DNA of 63,839 bases, counting the filler, from Vannella sp. (Eukaryota), in NCBI GenBank assembly GCA_023345925.1. It is 8 parts of 8 records of this genome, joined end to end, with 100 filler letters (N's around TTAATTAATTAA, not from the genome) between each part and the next. Parts side by side here need not be neighbours in the genome. Positions count along the whole stretch, not along the records: positions 10,916 to 19,993 come from JAJQQN010000637.1; positions 20,094 to 30,001 come from JAJQQN010001013.1; 6 more parts are not named here. One strand, written 5' to 3'. Under the pieces are notes generated by a model. The model made no database searches. It was not told the origin of the DNA and saw nothing but the letters and a program-made list of their open reading frames with translations. The position numbers were made by a program, and so were the translations under genes. This document shows, in pieces, positions 11,139 to 23,400 of this stretch (the stretch's first letter is position 1; every line of letters begins with the position of its first letter).

Positions 11139-11925
11139 CACTCCTATTTCGGTTGCTGAAGAGATTCCGAAGGTCGCGATTACTGTTTGGTCAATACAAA
11201 AGAAGAAACCCGCTTTCCACCATTTTCTGCCCTCCGACTCTTCGTCGCACAAAACCTGTCTCTGAAAAATGGTAGGTGGAGAGATTTAGGCAGTGAGCCG
11301 AATCCATCCATGCGTAGGCGCAAATTAGGCCACCAGATAGCGTTGCGCATTGTGCAACGTTCAGAATCAATTTCTAGCTTGTGGACCATTCGGAAAGCCT
11401 CCCCGTACCGCAGAAATGCTGCCGTTGACTGGAGCCTCATCGAGGAGTGATTTCGGTGTGTAAACAGAAGATGACGCGCCCTTTGCTGCGCAACCTCTTC
11501 AGAAGTATTATTGACTTTGTACGATATACCCTACGCCAGGATTCCCATGGGCGAAGTCAAAGCTTCCACACGAACGCCATTGGTCACGTACTTTTTTGGC
11601 AACCTGTAGTGACAAAGGTGATGAGTACGATGATTTTCCTGGCCAGGGAATAATGGCGTCATAATCTAGGCAGCATCTTCCTTACGACAACAACGAAAAC
11701 GGGCATAGACGACGATTCCTAAAAATAGTGTTTGTCCCAATTGCCATTGTAAGAAGAGAAAGAGAACTTCTGCCATCTGCTTTTGATTAAATGATTCAAT
11801 CGAACAAAGAAACAATTCATTTGTGGGTTCAAATCTTCATTTTTCTGTCCCCTTCCTTTGTGGGTCACCCACTTTCCAATGCACTCTTCGAGAGACTCTT
11901 TGGTGCGCTGGCTTTTGTTCTGTTG

Positions 11926-12848
11926 GATGACAGCAGCCGAAGCTCAGAGACGTTCTCGTGGGGCTCCCTTTCACTTATCCATGTTTAAGAAAATCGAATG
12001 CAGGGCGATGCAGCCCTGATGAGGACCTTTCCCACCTCCAGTGGGGGTTGTTTGGATGCTCTCTCAACATGTCAGAAGGATCTACACTCTCAGTGATGAC
12101 ACAGTTGACAGACAGGCGGCGATTTCGGGGACAAGGACACGTTTGCTCTTTCTCTCTTGCTGGGGGACAACTCTCCTGGGTCCTGCGTTGACTTTTACAA
12201 GTATCATGGCCAAATGGCAGGCTTTACTACTTTATTGTTGGACCAAAAGGTCATCCACGTACTCATTTAAGGCAGCATTAAGTCCTCCAGATTGTTGTGA
12301 AGAGACGAAAAGATCAAGGAACGAGAATTAGAACATTATGAGTGCCAGACTCCCATGGGAAGGCAACTCACGTCCGGATTAGTAGATATATGGTCTCCAA
12401 ACTTCATGGGCATCAGACCACTTGGGAGAGAATTCGCCAGCCCGTTGAAGAGCATGGATTCATACCAATCGAGTTTAGAAAATCCACGAGGCAAGGCGAC
12501 TACCTTCGCAACCAGGACCTTCGAAAAACGCCCCAAAATCAAAATCGATGTTGAGTGGCCCATCGGACTTGGTTTACTGGGTCCGTGAACTCTCTCCACT
12601 CCGGTCCCACTCAAAGATGAGCTTATGTCATGTTCACCGATGCCCATGTACTCTTGAGATCGAATTTCAACATTCACCGGTAAGAGAGTCATCCTGGACC
12701 TCATCCACCTTGCTAATTTTAGATCCGGAGTTTCCTCGACTACAAAGGCGCGGGTCCTCGTTCTGCTCCTCTTCTTGGCATTCAGAGGGCTCATTTTGGC
12801 CAGAATACGCCAGAACGAGGATCAGCATCAATCACCATCTTCTGAATG
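11926..12848 (+). CDS. Hypothetical multi-exon protein, exon structure uncertain
   Basis: Intron-like segments (11958-12003, ~12680-12722 GTAAGA..TTTTAG) link short ORFs; no recognisable family. Confidence 0.3.
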
Positions 12849-12949
12849 ACATTGTAAGGCTTTTGAGAATTCCAGATGTGTCTTCCACTTCTCGACACTC
12901 CAGCTTGACTGAGAATATGAATCCACAATAAGATCTTGTTAAAGCAGAG

Positions 12950-13612
12950 TCACTGTATTCTGGTATCCTTGCTCGGTTCCCGGAAGAGTTTAGAGTAGAA
13001 TGACTTTTCTTTGAGCTCTTCCTCGGCGTAGAAGTAAAGGAAGATATCCCGGATGTACTTGGCATCATATTGAATATCCACACTAACATAGTTCAGCTTC
13101 TTCTCGACAAGAGCATCGCTAAGGCGTGTAGCCAGTTGCTCTTGAATGTCATTCTCATTCTCAAGCCACTGAACGAGTGTGTAGGATCCCAGCAGCGGCG
13201 ATAGCTCCTTTTGAACTGCTGCACTGATGACATTGTCCTGATATATCGTCAAGTCGTACAGCCCCGCGAGGGAGGGAACATCACGAGGTGCAAAGGAGCT
13301 TTGCGTGATAACTTCAACAGGAATAGACTGCTGGTCACTGCTGATGAACTTTCCTGAGGATGTTGTTCTTTTGATTCCTTCCAAGGGCGTGACATAGTCC
13401 ATGATACCGAGGTAATGGCGCCCCACTGGCAACAGCTCCTCTTTGATCCTCCCCGTTCTCAGATCCTGAACAAAGCAGATTTGATCCTCCTCCACATCCA
13501 CCACGTTCCCAAAGCTGTAGAGCCCTGTTCCTACTACAACGAGCACCCCTCCCGCAACTCCATATCGAAGAGAGCGAGACCTCGCCAAAGCGGTCTTCAC
13601 CCTCCCCAGCAT
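12950..13612 (-). CDS. Divergent SPFH/prohibitin-like protein, probably mitochondrial
   Basis: Arg-rich presequence, one TM, then V......V.D..TG.......G.H and SSDQQSIPVEV band-7 pattern; lacks the long C-terminal coiled coil. Confidence 0.6.
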   Translation of the reverse strand: MLGRVKTALARSRSLRYGVAGGVLVVVGTGLYSFGNVVDVEEDQICFVQDLRTGRIKEELLPVGRHYLGIMDYVTPLEGIKRTTSSGKFISSDQQSIPVEVITQSSFAPRDVPSLAGLYDLTIYQDNVISAAVQKELSPLLGSYTLVQWLENENDIQEQLATRLSDALVEKKLNYVSVDIQYDAKYIRDIFLYFYAEEELKEKSFYSKLFREPSKDTRIQ

Positions 13613-13759
13613 GAGCCCAAAAACTGCATGTTGTAGGGTTTAGTATTTTTAGGGTTAGAGCGAACAGACCAATCAGAGTCGGCCAAGCCATAATGGCTGG
13701 AATTATCAAGAAAGTCATTTTGAAGAACAATTCTTTCATTTCTTGTTATCTTTCTCCTC

Positions 13760-14338
13760 ATGGATTCAGATTCGGGGATCGAGTTTGAGGATGTCTTCAA
13801 GAGTGATGAGAGGATGGAGGATGCGCATGGTTTGGCGTATGTTGGTTGGATAGGTCGCACTGTGGCTCGTTTGCCCAAGATGATTGCGCATCAGCGATGG
13901 TTGGCGTACGCTTCGGAAGGGACTGAACCCTTTCGGCCAATCGCTCACCCGTGGTTGGTGAGGAGCGGATACGCTCTATCACTTGTTTATGTTGTAACAG
14001 ACATTGGTGTGCGTACCAATACGCAGTATCGCTCGAGTAACTCGGTGGAGAAGGCTGCTATCGTATTTGGCGACTCTTTCGTCTTCCATTCGCTCGCCTC
14101 GATGATCCTTCCCGCTCTCTTGATCCATGCCATCGTTAAACACTCTAGTGTTGGTATTGTTCGCTATAACGTCTTCGCAGGACGTCAGAAAGTGCGTGAA
14201 TACGCGCCGACTGTCCTCGGTCTGGCCTCTATCCCCTTCGTAGTAGGCCCAATCGATCATGGCGTGGAGTATGTCCTGGACAACACTATTCGCACTCTCT
14301 ATGACAAGGAGCTGGTCGCACACGACCACGGGAACTAA
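13760..14338 (+). CDS. MTFP1: Mitochondrial fission process protein 1 (MTP18)
   Basis: RWLAYASE..EPFRP, Y.LSLVYV..D, D.FVFHSLASMILP and LGLASIPFVVGPIDH motifs. Confidence 0.92.
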   Translation: MDSDSGIEFEDVFKSDERMEDAHGLAYVGWIGRTVARLPKMIAHQRWLAYASEGTEPFRPIAHPWLVRSGYALSLVYVVTDIGVRTNTQYRSSNSVEKAAIVFGDSFVFHSLASMILPALLIHAIVKHSSVGIVRYNVFAGRQKVREYAPTVLGLASIPFVVGPIDHGVEYVLDNTIRTLYDKELVAHDHGN

Positions 14339-14528
14339 AGAGACCTGTCACACATTCGTCTTCAATGCTCCCTCTGCAGGCAGTGAAGAGCATTCCATTT
14401 TCTGTAACATGAACGACAGAAGGCGCATACTACCAGCAGATCTCTCTACTAGAAGGTAGTGGTAAGCATGATCGCTCATGTGTTACTCAGAGGGCGAGAA
14501 CACACAGGACACGCTTTCAAATCGTTGT

Positions 14529-16485
14529 TTAGGCAGATGGAGTGAACTTTGCAAGGTCTTGAGCGACCAAACGGGAGGCGATGTTGTGGTAGAAGGACTT
14601 TTTGGAATCGAAGAGACTCGTGGCCTTTGCCAGCCCTTCCTCTCCGCATTGAGCCAGTAAACGATACAAAGGACGGATGAACTTCATCCTTCCTTGCTCC
14701 GAAACGAACTCCTCCACAGCAGGGAAGGAGGAGGGATCCTTCGAGGTGAGGGACAGAGAGAGCCATGCCATACGAATCTCTGAGTTCCGAATAGGTGTGA
14801 GGCCATAAAGACCATCAAGCTGCTTCAAAGTGCTGAGAGAGAGTCCTTTGGGGCTCTTCGAGAGGATATCCTCAAGGAAATGAACTTTTTGGTCGACAGA
14901 GAGGGTGGAGAAGGCCTCCAGAGAAGGTCCGGAGGAGTTTGGAGACTGATCGAAGGTAATCCAAGCAGAAGCAAGTGCACGAGCCTCTACAGCAAGCGAA
15001 TCGTCGAACATGGCGCTCACATTAACATGGGGAAGGCCAGGAGAGTACAGCCAAGCATCCCATTCTACCTTGTTATAAACGGGTTCCCCGAAGATAGCCA
15101 AGAAGAACTCCTGGAAGTGCGCAGTGGTCACACTCTTGTGGCGATGCGAGAGAATCCAGTCGCGAACGAACCTTTCGAAGAGCTCCCGGCCCACCAACTG
15201 CTCCAAGTAGAACAAGAACTGAGCTCCTTTCTCATAGGGAATGCTGCTGAATGCCTGATAGGTGAATCAGTCCCTCTTCGGAGAGTCGGTGGGGTGTTCT
15301 TACATCGTCTGGGTCCGTCTGGTTGTCCAGAGTTGGAACAAGAGCAGTGAAAGGGTGAGTATCACCAAACTGTGCGATGGAAGCAAGCAGAGCGCTGTGC
15401 CCTAGGATGTAGTCCAAATGGCGAGCAGGTTCGCCACCCATCAGAGCGTACAGCTTGCGCTCAGCGTAGACGGTGAAGCCTTCGTTAAGCCAGAAGTCCT
15501 GCCAAGTAGCGCTGGTCACTAAGTTACCTGTCCAGCTATGGCACAGCTCGTGAGCCACCACAGTGGTCAAGGATCGGTCTCCCGCTAAGAGTGTGGGCGT
15601 GATGAAGCTCAAACAAGGGTTCTCCATCCCTCCATAAGGGAAGGATCCGGGCAAGCACAGCAAATCAAAGTCGCCCCACTCGTAGGGAGAGAGGAACTTC
15701 TCTGCGAGAGCGAGGTACTCGTCCGTGTTGGCGAACTCCCAAGCAGCCTTCTCCACAGTCTCCTCTTCAGCCCACACTTTGGTTCTGGGGCCTACTTGAC
15801 GGAAGCTGAGCTTACCAATCACTAAAGCGAGCAGGTAGGTCGGTATGGGGACGGGTTGGCGGAAGAAGAAGGTGCTGACGTTCTCTCCAGCTGCGTTTGA
15901 GTGTGTGTTCTCTTTCTCATCGCGAGGAGCACTCATGAGAGCAGTGAGAGGCTCTGGAACCGTGATTTGGGCCGTGTAGGTCACCTTGTTGCGAGGGGAG
16001 TCTTGGCAGGGCACTCCAGAGCGACAATGGATCGCCTGAAACTGAGTAAACAAGTAAGGATACTCTTTCCCATCTGTTTGGGCTGCTGCCAGCCACTGGA
16101 TGCCAGAGCTATCGGGGGAAGTCTGGTACGAGACAACCAGAAAGAACGTGGCGCTGTCTTCTTTAGCAAGGAGTGATGTTTCATACGCTCGAGCCAGAGA
16201 GATACGAAGTGGCGTCCCCAGAGGACCAGTCTTCGAGTCATCCAAGGAAAAGTCCAGTTCGCACTGCTGAGGCGCTTCTGCATCGTAATGGCTGGGTCTG
16301 AAGAGCACACGGGAGATAGAGAGACCTCGAGTATCGAAAACAACCTCTGCTACAGCCTCCTGTAAGAGGTGAAGAGAGTGGGTGACTTCTCCGCTCAAAA
16401 CTTTCGTCTCAAAGTTGGCGGCGAGGTTCAAATGGAGGTGAGTGCATCGCACCTCAGACAGGTTTGCCAACGAAGAAGGATCCAT
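14529..16485 (-). CDS. LTA4H: Leukotriene A4 hydrolase-like M1 zinc aminopeptidase; 1 intron
   Basis: MDPSS.AN start, GGMENP, HELCHSW..WLNEGF zinc motif, GRMKFIRPLY C-terminal domain; intron ~15259-15302. Confidence 0.95.
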
Positions 16486-16709
16486 TCGACTCCCAACCTT
16501 GCTTGTCCCGACTGGACCTGAAAAGAAATCCCGAAACCGGGTCTTCTGTTTGGCACAAAATCCTGTTTCACATCGAACTGATTGTACATTTGACCTGCTT
16601 CATTACAAAAGCTCTCGATCCCCAGCCGATCATTCTTCGAACGGTTCTGGCGATCGATTAAGAATTTTTTGAGAAAGGAAGCCTTCAACGCAAGCAATCG
16701 TTTCATTTC

Positions 16710-18926
16710 ATGGGGAAGATGAGCCGGAAGAGCCAGGCTGCCGTACCAAACTCAGAGGTGTTCTGGAGGGTGCCGGAAGAGTCCAGTAGCAATCTCGTGG
16801 TGGAAGAGAGGGAGAGGGAGAGCCATTTCAGCTCTTCTGATCGAGTTTCGGGGCAAATCCATTTGCAAGTGGAGGAATACCTTTCCCTGGTGAAGCAGAT
16901 AGATGAACTGAAAAGGGAGAGACCTCCTTGTGGCTATGTCATCAGTGAAGTGCGCTTAGAGGGAGAAGTGAAAGTGCGAGAGGCTCAGCAATGCGTGGAC
17001 TTCTCTGTTTCTGTCCTTTTGCAACAGTTACAAGGTCAGTGGAGTTGCATACCTATACTCTCCACTTCTGTTGTCATTACGAGCTCTTCTGTGTGCGCTG
17101 TGGAGGAAGGAGAAGGAAACATGGCTCCTGACAAGTCTCTGGATGCTTTCCTGGGTGTGAATGGTCATCACCACTCCCTATATGTGAATAAGAAGGGAGC
17201 ATACATGGTCAAGCTCCATGTCAAGGCACCATTTGCTTCTTCACGTAGTCAAGGAGTGAACCTAGAGATCCCCCAAGCTGTTCGCAACTCTCTCAGCTTT
17301 CGAATGGACCAAGCAGACATGGAGATCATTGCCACTCCATCTCTAGGAAGCTGTCTCACAGGAGAAGGGGACCGAAAGGGTCGCACTCCATCAGGAGAAG
17401 GGTTTACCCTGCTATTATGTGACGTTCCTCCCACGAACAGGCTCAGCATACAGTGGAAGGAGAAAGTGGAAGAGGAGGAGCTTCCAGAGAGCGTCAGTGA
17501 GCAAGAGAAGCAAGTCATCGTCAACGTTGAGCAGATGACAACTCACAGCATTGGAGAAGGAACAGTCCAAACTTCCACAGAAGTGAATTACAGCATTCTG
17601 CACGGCTCTCGAGCCCAATTCCAGGTGTTTGTACCCACTAATACTCGGATTCTCTCGGTCAATGGCTTAGCAATCAAAAGATGGGACGTTATCATGCACG
17701 AGAAAAAAGCTGAACTCCCAGAAGGTGACTTGGAGGAGGGCGGGAACGAAGATGAGAAGGCTCAAATGGAAGAGCTCCTAAGAACAAAGGGTTCAAAGCT
17801 CCTCAAAATTTGGCTGGAATATGGAATGGAGAACTGTTACCAAATCATTCTTGACACAGAAACAGACATGGAAAGTACCTCGTGCGATGTGGTCGTGCCT
17901 TCTTTCAGTTGCTACGATGTCAATCGGGAGAAGGGCTATGTTTCTGTGGTGGCCCGCACCAACGTGGAGGTATCAGAGCTGGACCAACGTTCATTAACCC
18001 GTATTGGCCACAATGAGCTGCCGGATGCCATGTCAATGAGGTCTGACAACCCTCCTTTACTTTCTTACAAGTTTTTGTACAGCGGGAATGTCTTCCTGCA
18101 AGTCAATGTGAAGAAACATGACGATGCTGAGGTTCTTGTGGCAGCCGTGGAGTCGGCCCATTTGGAGGCAACTCTCTCAGAGGATAAGGTGCTCTACAGC
18201 TTCATCATGCAAGTACGTAACACACAGACTCAGTATGTCCGGATTCGGTTGCCAGAGAATTCTACCGTTTGGAGTACTTTGGTGGCATCTCGAGCTGTGA
18301 AGCCTGCAAGAGACGAAGAGGGCTATGTGATGGTACCTCTTCAAAAGTCACAGGGCAACAGCGATAGCAAGGCCTTCATTGTGGAGGTTGTTTACTTGAC
18401 CACTCTCAAGTCAAAAATGGCAGACAAAGGCCTCCTCTCTCTTTCCCTTTGCCCTTTGGTTGACATTCCAATCAATCAGTTGTTTGTGACTGTCAAGCTC
18501 CCAACATCTTACGAATACGCTGAGTTTAAGGGCGACCTTCGGGAGATTGCATACTTTGGCTCAACCCCACCTTCAGCATCCGCGCCAGACCAAGACCAAT
18601 TCTTAGGAATTTCTAATATGAGCAACAACTTTGTACCTCAGCAACAGCAAATGGTGCAGATGGCGCCGTCTTCGATGAGGAAGCGTTCAGTCACTTCGAA
18701 GGGTTTGCTACCAGTCAAAATCCAAATGCCACCGGGAGGTCGATGCTTCTACTTTGAGAGGCTCCTAGTGATGAGCGAGTCTTTTTCTGGGACTGTGGAG
18801 TATCTCATTATTCCTACCAAAAAACGAGAGATTGGAAACAGAAGGCTCTTTACATTGATTCGTACGATCGTCCTCTTGATTCTCTTGAGTTACCTTGCGA
18901 TTTTGGGATGGAACCATCTGCTCTAA
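16710..18926 (+). CDS. Uncharacterised 738-aa intronless protein with a C-terminal TM anchor
   Basis: Long uninterrupted ORF; beta-rich segment V.KH....VLVA.V..VRNTQTQYVRIRLP..STVWS..V..KP..VPL..F.VEVVY; hydrophobic tail. Confidence 0.85.
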   Translation: MGKMSRKSQAAVPNSEVFWRVPEESSSNLVVEERERESHFSSSDRVSGQIHLQVEEYLSLVKQIDELKRERPPCGYVISEVRLEGEVKVREAQQCVDFSVSVLLQQLQGQWSCIPILSTSVVITSSSVCAVEEGEGNMAPDKSLDAFLGVNGHHHSLYVNKKGAYMVKLHVKAPFASSRSQGVNLEIPQAVRNSLSFRMDQADMEIIATPSLGSCLTGEGDRKGRTPSGEGFTLLLCDVPPTNRLSIQWKEKVEEEELPESVSEQEKQVIVNVEQMTTHSIGEGTVQTSTEVNYSILHGSRAQFQVFVPTNTRILSVNGLAIKRWDVIMHEKKAELPEGDLEEGGNEDEKAQMEELLRTKGSKLLKIWLEYGMENCYQIILDTETDMESTSCDVVVPSFSCYDVNREKGYVSVVARTNVEVSELDQRSLTRIGHNELPDAMSMRSDNPPLLSYKFLYSGNVFLQVNVKKHDDAEVLVAAVESAHLEATLSEDKVLYSFIMQVRNTQTQYVRIRLPENSTVWSTLVASRAVKPARDEEGYVMVPLQKSQGNSDSKAFIVEVVYLTTLKSKMADKGLLSLSLCPLVDIPINQLFVTVKLPTSYEYAEFKGDLREIAYFGSTPPSASAPDQDQFLGISNMSNNFVPQQQQMVQMAPSSMRKRSVTSKGLLPVKIQMPPGGRCFYFERLLVMSESFSGTVEYLIIPTKKREIGNRRLFTLIRTIVLLILLSYLAILGWNHLL

Positions 18927-19044
18927 GTCTTAGTGCATTCATTCGCTTGTCGAGTTCAAACTCGACTTGTTTGGGAAATACATTTTTGTTACTCCAACTC
19001 ACTCTCAAGCCAAACCCGTTCAAATAGAAGGAACAAAGGGGAGT

Positions 19045-19993
19045 TTATTTGGGGGTCTCAATAGGGGGAAGATGGCCAAGGTTCACTTCTGAAAGGAGAA
19101 CAACTTCTCCTGTAATCTCGTTCATTCGGTATTGATAGTAGAGTCCAGAGTTGCTGATAACCAAAATGTCATTGTCACTTTCTGGTGCAAAGCAAGAGAT
19201 AGCGCGGTACTCCCCAAGCGGCAAACGGATTCGAGCAAAACTCCATTCTGAATTGAAGTAAGGCACAGCTCCTTTCAAGAACGACAAAGGAGAGTGCTTA
19301 TTCTCCAATAAATCGTCTCTTTGTGGAAGAGTTTGAGATAGAGAAGCACCAAGACTGAATATGTGGACAGTCCCTCGCTCACTAACGCAAGACAGATACT
19401 TGCAACCGTAACTGAAAGCCATCGAATAGACATCCTTGGATATTGTTCCCCTCCTAAATTCGAATAACAGTGTTCCTGTGGCACAGTCAAAGACTCCAAT
19501 TCGTGTGCCTTTCGCTGATGCTACAGCAATCCATTCTCCACGAGGACTGAAGCAGAGCTGACTGATTGCATCTGGGAAGGCTGCAATAAGAGGCCCTGGA
19601 GAAGGAGTCCCATCGATGCTTAAGTCTTCCAATTGAACGTGCCCCAACTGGGCAGCTGGATATGCAATTCTGCAAATGGCTCCAGCAGAGACAGCACAGG
19701 CGCCCCGAATGTTTGAGGCTGTTTCTCTGACTTGGTAACTGTGCACTTCAGATCCATTTGGAATGTTGAAATTGGGATTCATGTAGATCCAGAGGAGATC
19801 TGACATCACCACAACCATCCTATTCTGTGTAAGAATCGATGTGTTGCAAGGATTAACCTCGGGAAAGTACTAACATCTCCTCTCGGAGGCGAACGCATAG
19901 AACTGGAGAGGGACAATCGACTTCCCAGGTGAAGGCAGAGCAATATTGATTCCATATTCGGACACGATGAACTGGGAAGAGTTTGTCAGTTCC
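19045..19993 (-). CDS. ATG18: PROPPIN / ATG18-WIPI family WD40 protein, 5'-truncated
   Basis: A.AS.KGTRI.VF, FEFRRG phosphoinositide-binding motif, S.RGTVHIF, YFNSEWSFA. Confidence 0.9.
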
Positions 19994-20093
19994 NNNNNNN
20001 NNNNNNNNNNNNNNNNNNNNNNNNNNNNNNNNNNNNNTTAATTAATTAANNNNNNNNNNNNNNNNNNNNNNNNNNNNNNNNNNNNNNNNNNNN
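19994..20093. other. Artificial contig linker
   Basis: N44-TTAATTAATTAA-N44. Confidence 0.99.
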
Positions 20094-20094
20094 T

Positions 20095-20250
20095 CCAGCT
20101 CTCGACTTCGACGTTGCATTATTCGATTTAGCGGTCCCCTCTCCTACACTCGATGACCGCCCCAAGTCAGCTCGTCAGTCCAAATCCATTCGTCCCTCCA
20201 CGTCAGAGCGCTCCCCTTTCGCCTCCATCGCCAAGCAGAATGCTCAGTAA
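20095..20250 (+). CDS. Probable 3' end of an unknown gene
   Basis: Open frame PALDFDVALFDL..SPFASIAKQNAQ* from the contig edge. Confidence 0.35.
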   Translation, partial: PALDFDVALFDLAVPSPTLDDRPKSARQSKSIRPSTSERSPFASIAKQNAQ

Positions 20251-20434
20251 CTTCGTCCACAGTGCAGCGTTCCATACCACGTCCAATTGACCCAAAATTG
20301 AGGCCCTAATTATTGATATTAATTTCACACCTTCCACATGTGTGGAAGTTTCTTTCGATGGGGAAGTCTATTTGGGGGGTCCAAATTATGGGATCGCTCG
20401 TCGTACTGGATCATTTCGTTCCCGGTCGTTTGTC

Positions 20435-23400
20435 ATGACGTGGTTAGGCCGTGGCTTGGTGCTCGTTTGCTTGATGTTTGGTGTTTGGGGGAACGTCCCA
20501 AACGCACAGAGGCAGTCGCTGGTAGACCTCTACGACTCCACAAATGGGGACTCGTGGTTCACTTTCACACAGTGGAAGATTAACGACCCTTGCACTCCCA
20601 TAGAGTGGTTCGGGATAGATTGCGTTCCAGTTACCGGTGGTCACACTGTTACACGCATTGACCTCCCCGCGAACGGATTGTCTGGCACCCTTCCGGACCT
20701 GCTTCTCCCAGACCTGACCTTTCTGTAAGGCAAACCCTCTGCAGTTGCTTTTGCAACACTAACATACGCCCTTCCTCACAGAAACCTTCGAGATAACACC
20801 ATCACTGGAACGTTATCAGAATGGCCTTCCCTTGCCAACCTTGACACCTTGTGAGTCTCCTTGTGGAACCAAGATAGTGACTTATAGAAGACGAGAAATC
20901 TGGGCTTGAACCTATTCAACGGCCCTCTTCCACAATGGAACCAATTGAGAAAGCTAAGGCTAATGTGAGCATCAATTTCTCCCCCTCTTGAAAGCCGAGT
21001 GAGCCTTGCTAACAAGAGCCAGGTTCATCGTCACGAGCCAAATCACAGGATCTCTACCTAACTGGAGTAACCTGGGGAATCTAGCCGAAATGTGAGTTGG
21101 AGAGGAAGGAGACCCAAAACCTCTTGTTGACCTTAGAGATCCTTCAGATTCCTAGGCGGAAATAGTATTACCGGAACGATTCCCAATTGGTCTAATCTTG
21201 CGAGTAAAATCACGAAAATGTGAGTGCCAATCCCCCCAAAGGTGATGAGTGCTGATACGAGCCTTTTTCAGTGATTTAGTCAGCAATCAAATCAACGGGA
21301 GCGTCCCCAACTGGTCCTCATTTTCCCTATTGGTGACTGCAAATCTGGAGGCCAACTCTCTCTGCGGCGTTTTACCCCCACGACCTCCATTGGGTACTGT
21401 CACACTCACTTCCCAGACGTTTACCTGTCCGCTTGGAAACCTCCCTTCAGGATACATTGGTGGACTGTGCGATCCGAATTCTGGCTGTCAGCCCAGTCCA
21501 AGCCCAACTCGAAGCATGACGCCTTCCCGAAGTGACAGTCCCACGAGAACCAACACCAGAACCGCAACTCCAAGCATGACGACTACCCGAACCCAAAGTC
21601 CAACTGCCACTGAGAGTGAAAGTCCTAGCGAAAGTCCTACTCCCTCTGAGAGTCCCACTGCTTCTGAGAGTGAGTCTCCAAGTGAAAGCTCCTCGGAAAC
21701 TCCGACATCCACCCAAACTTCAAGCGAAAGCTCATCGGACACTCCAACTTCCAGCTCCTCTCCAAGCATGACTGAAACCCCGACATCCAGCACCAGTCCA
21801 AGTGCTAGCTCGTCTGTCAGTCCGTCTCCGTCAGCCAGTGAAAGTGTGACTGCCTCCAACACAGAAACTCCCACCAACACGATGACGCAGAGTACTACGA
21901 GTAGCCCCTCACCAAGTAGCAGCATGACTCCAAGTACTACAGCAACATCCAGTACTTCCCCTTCTACATCCCCGACGAACTCTGTAACAGCCTCCCCCAG
22001 TTCGACCTCGAGTATAACTCCAAGCAGCTCTTCAAGCCCCAGCTCCACCTCCTCCAATTCAGCAAGTGTGTCTAGAACTACAACTACTAGCTCCTCCGCA
22101 AGCTCCAGTCCCAGTCCTTCTACCTCCGCAAGTGTCACAGAAACCCCAACCACCAGTTCCACTTCGAGTGTCACTCCCAGCGCCTCTGTCACCCCAAGTA
22201 GGACTGTCACAGCAACATCCAGTGCTAGTTCTTCAGTCACACGAACCTCAAGCTCCTCTGTAACACCCAGTACGAGTGCTTCCACCTCTGTAACATCCAG
22301 CGCGAGTGCTTCCACTTCTGTAACATCCAGTGCGAGTGCTTCCGTAACAGCAACGCCAAGTATAACTGCTAGCCCAAGTGAGACGCCAAGTACCTCAATT
22401 ACTCCAAGCGCCACACCTTCGACAAGCACAAGTGAAACACCAACAGTTACCTCTACTTCCTCGCCTAGTGCTTCCTCTAGTGAGACACCAACAGTTACAT
22501 CTACTTCCTCGCCTAGTGCTTCCTCAAGTGAGACAGCCAGCTCAAGTGAGACACCGAGTTGTTCTGTTTCTCCAAGTGGTAGTGAAACACCAACAGCTTC
22601 ATCTAGCTCCTCACCCAGCGCTTCCCCAAGTCAGACAACCTCTGTTTCGCCCAGTCCTTCTACCAGTAAGACCCCCACCTCCTCGAGGAGTGAGTCTGGA
22701 ACAAGCTCAATATCTCGAAGTGAGTCCGCTTCCTCCAGCCCCACGAGAACACCTGCTTCAGAGACTCCCTCCAAGTCCCAAGACCAAACCAAGATCCCAT
22801 CTGCATCGAGTTCTCCCTCCCCAAGCCAAAACAGCACCTCGCCAAGCCCATTACTTGAAGTACAAGTCTTCCTTGGCAACCTCACGTCAGCTGGGTTTGT
22901 CGACCTCCCATCTCCCAATGGCATCGTCGGGACTTTGTACATTCCTCCCAATCTGAGCAACCAGCCGAACACCACTTTAACTGTCACTTACTCTGGAGAG
23001 CCGGGACAAGGGTCATTGCAAAGTGCTATACTCAATATCACTTTGGTGGACAGCGCGGGCAACCCAATCACTCAATTGGAGTCTCCGCTGACCATTTGTT
23101 TGCCTCGCCCGAACAACACAAAGAAGAGTGAGAAAGTGTGTCTGAGCTTCTTCGACGAAAAGAAGGGCGAGTGGCGATGCCAAGATGAGTGCCTCTCCAC
23201 CGATGGGAAGGAAGATCTTATCTGTGGGACAACGGACCATCTCACCAATTTTGCTCTTCTTCTGTCCGGACGCTCCGGCAAGGATGATCCCTGTGCGTCC
23301 GGAAATGAGAACTTCGTTATTGCGTGGCTGTCCTTAAGCTTTGTGGGAGGTGCCATTGTAGTTGTCATTCTGTCCGGAGTAGTCATTGAAATATCCGTGA

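Noticed and set aside
21488..22429. 313-aa antisense ORF rich in V/L/G/E/A
   Set aside because: Shadow of the Ser/Thr/Pro codons of the mucin stalk on the opposite strand.
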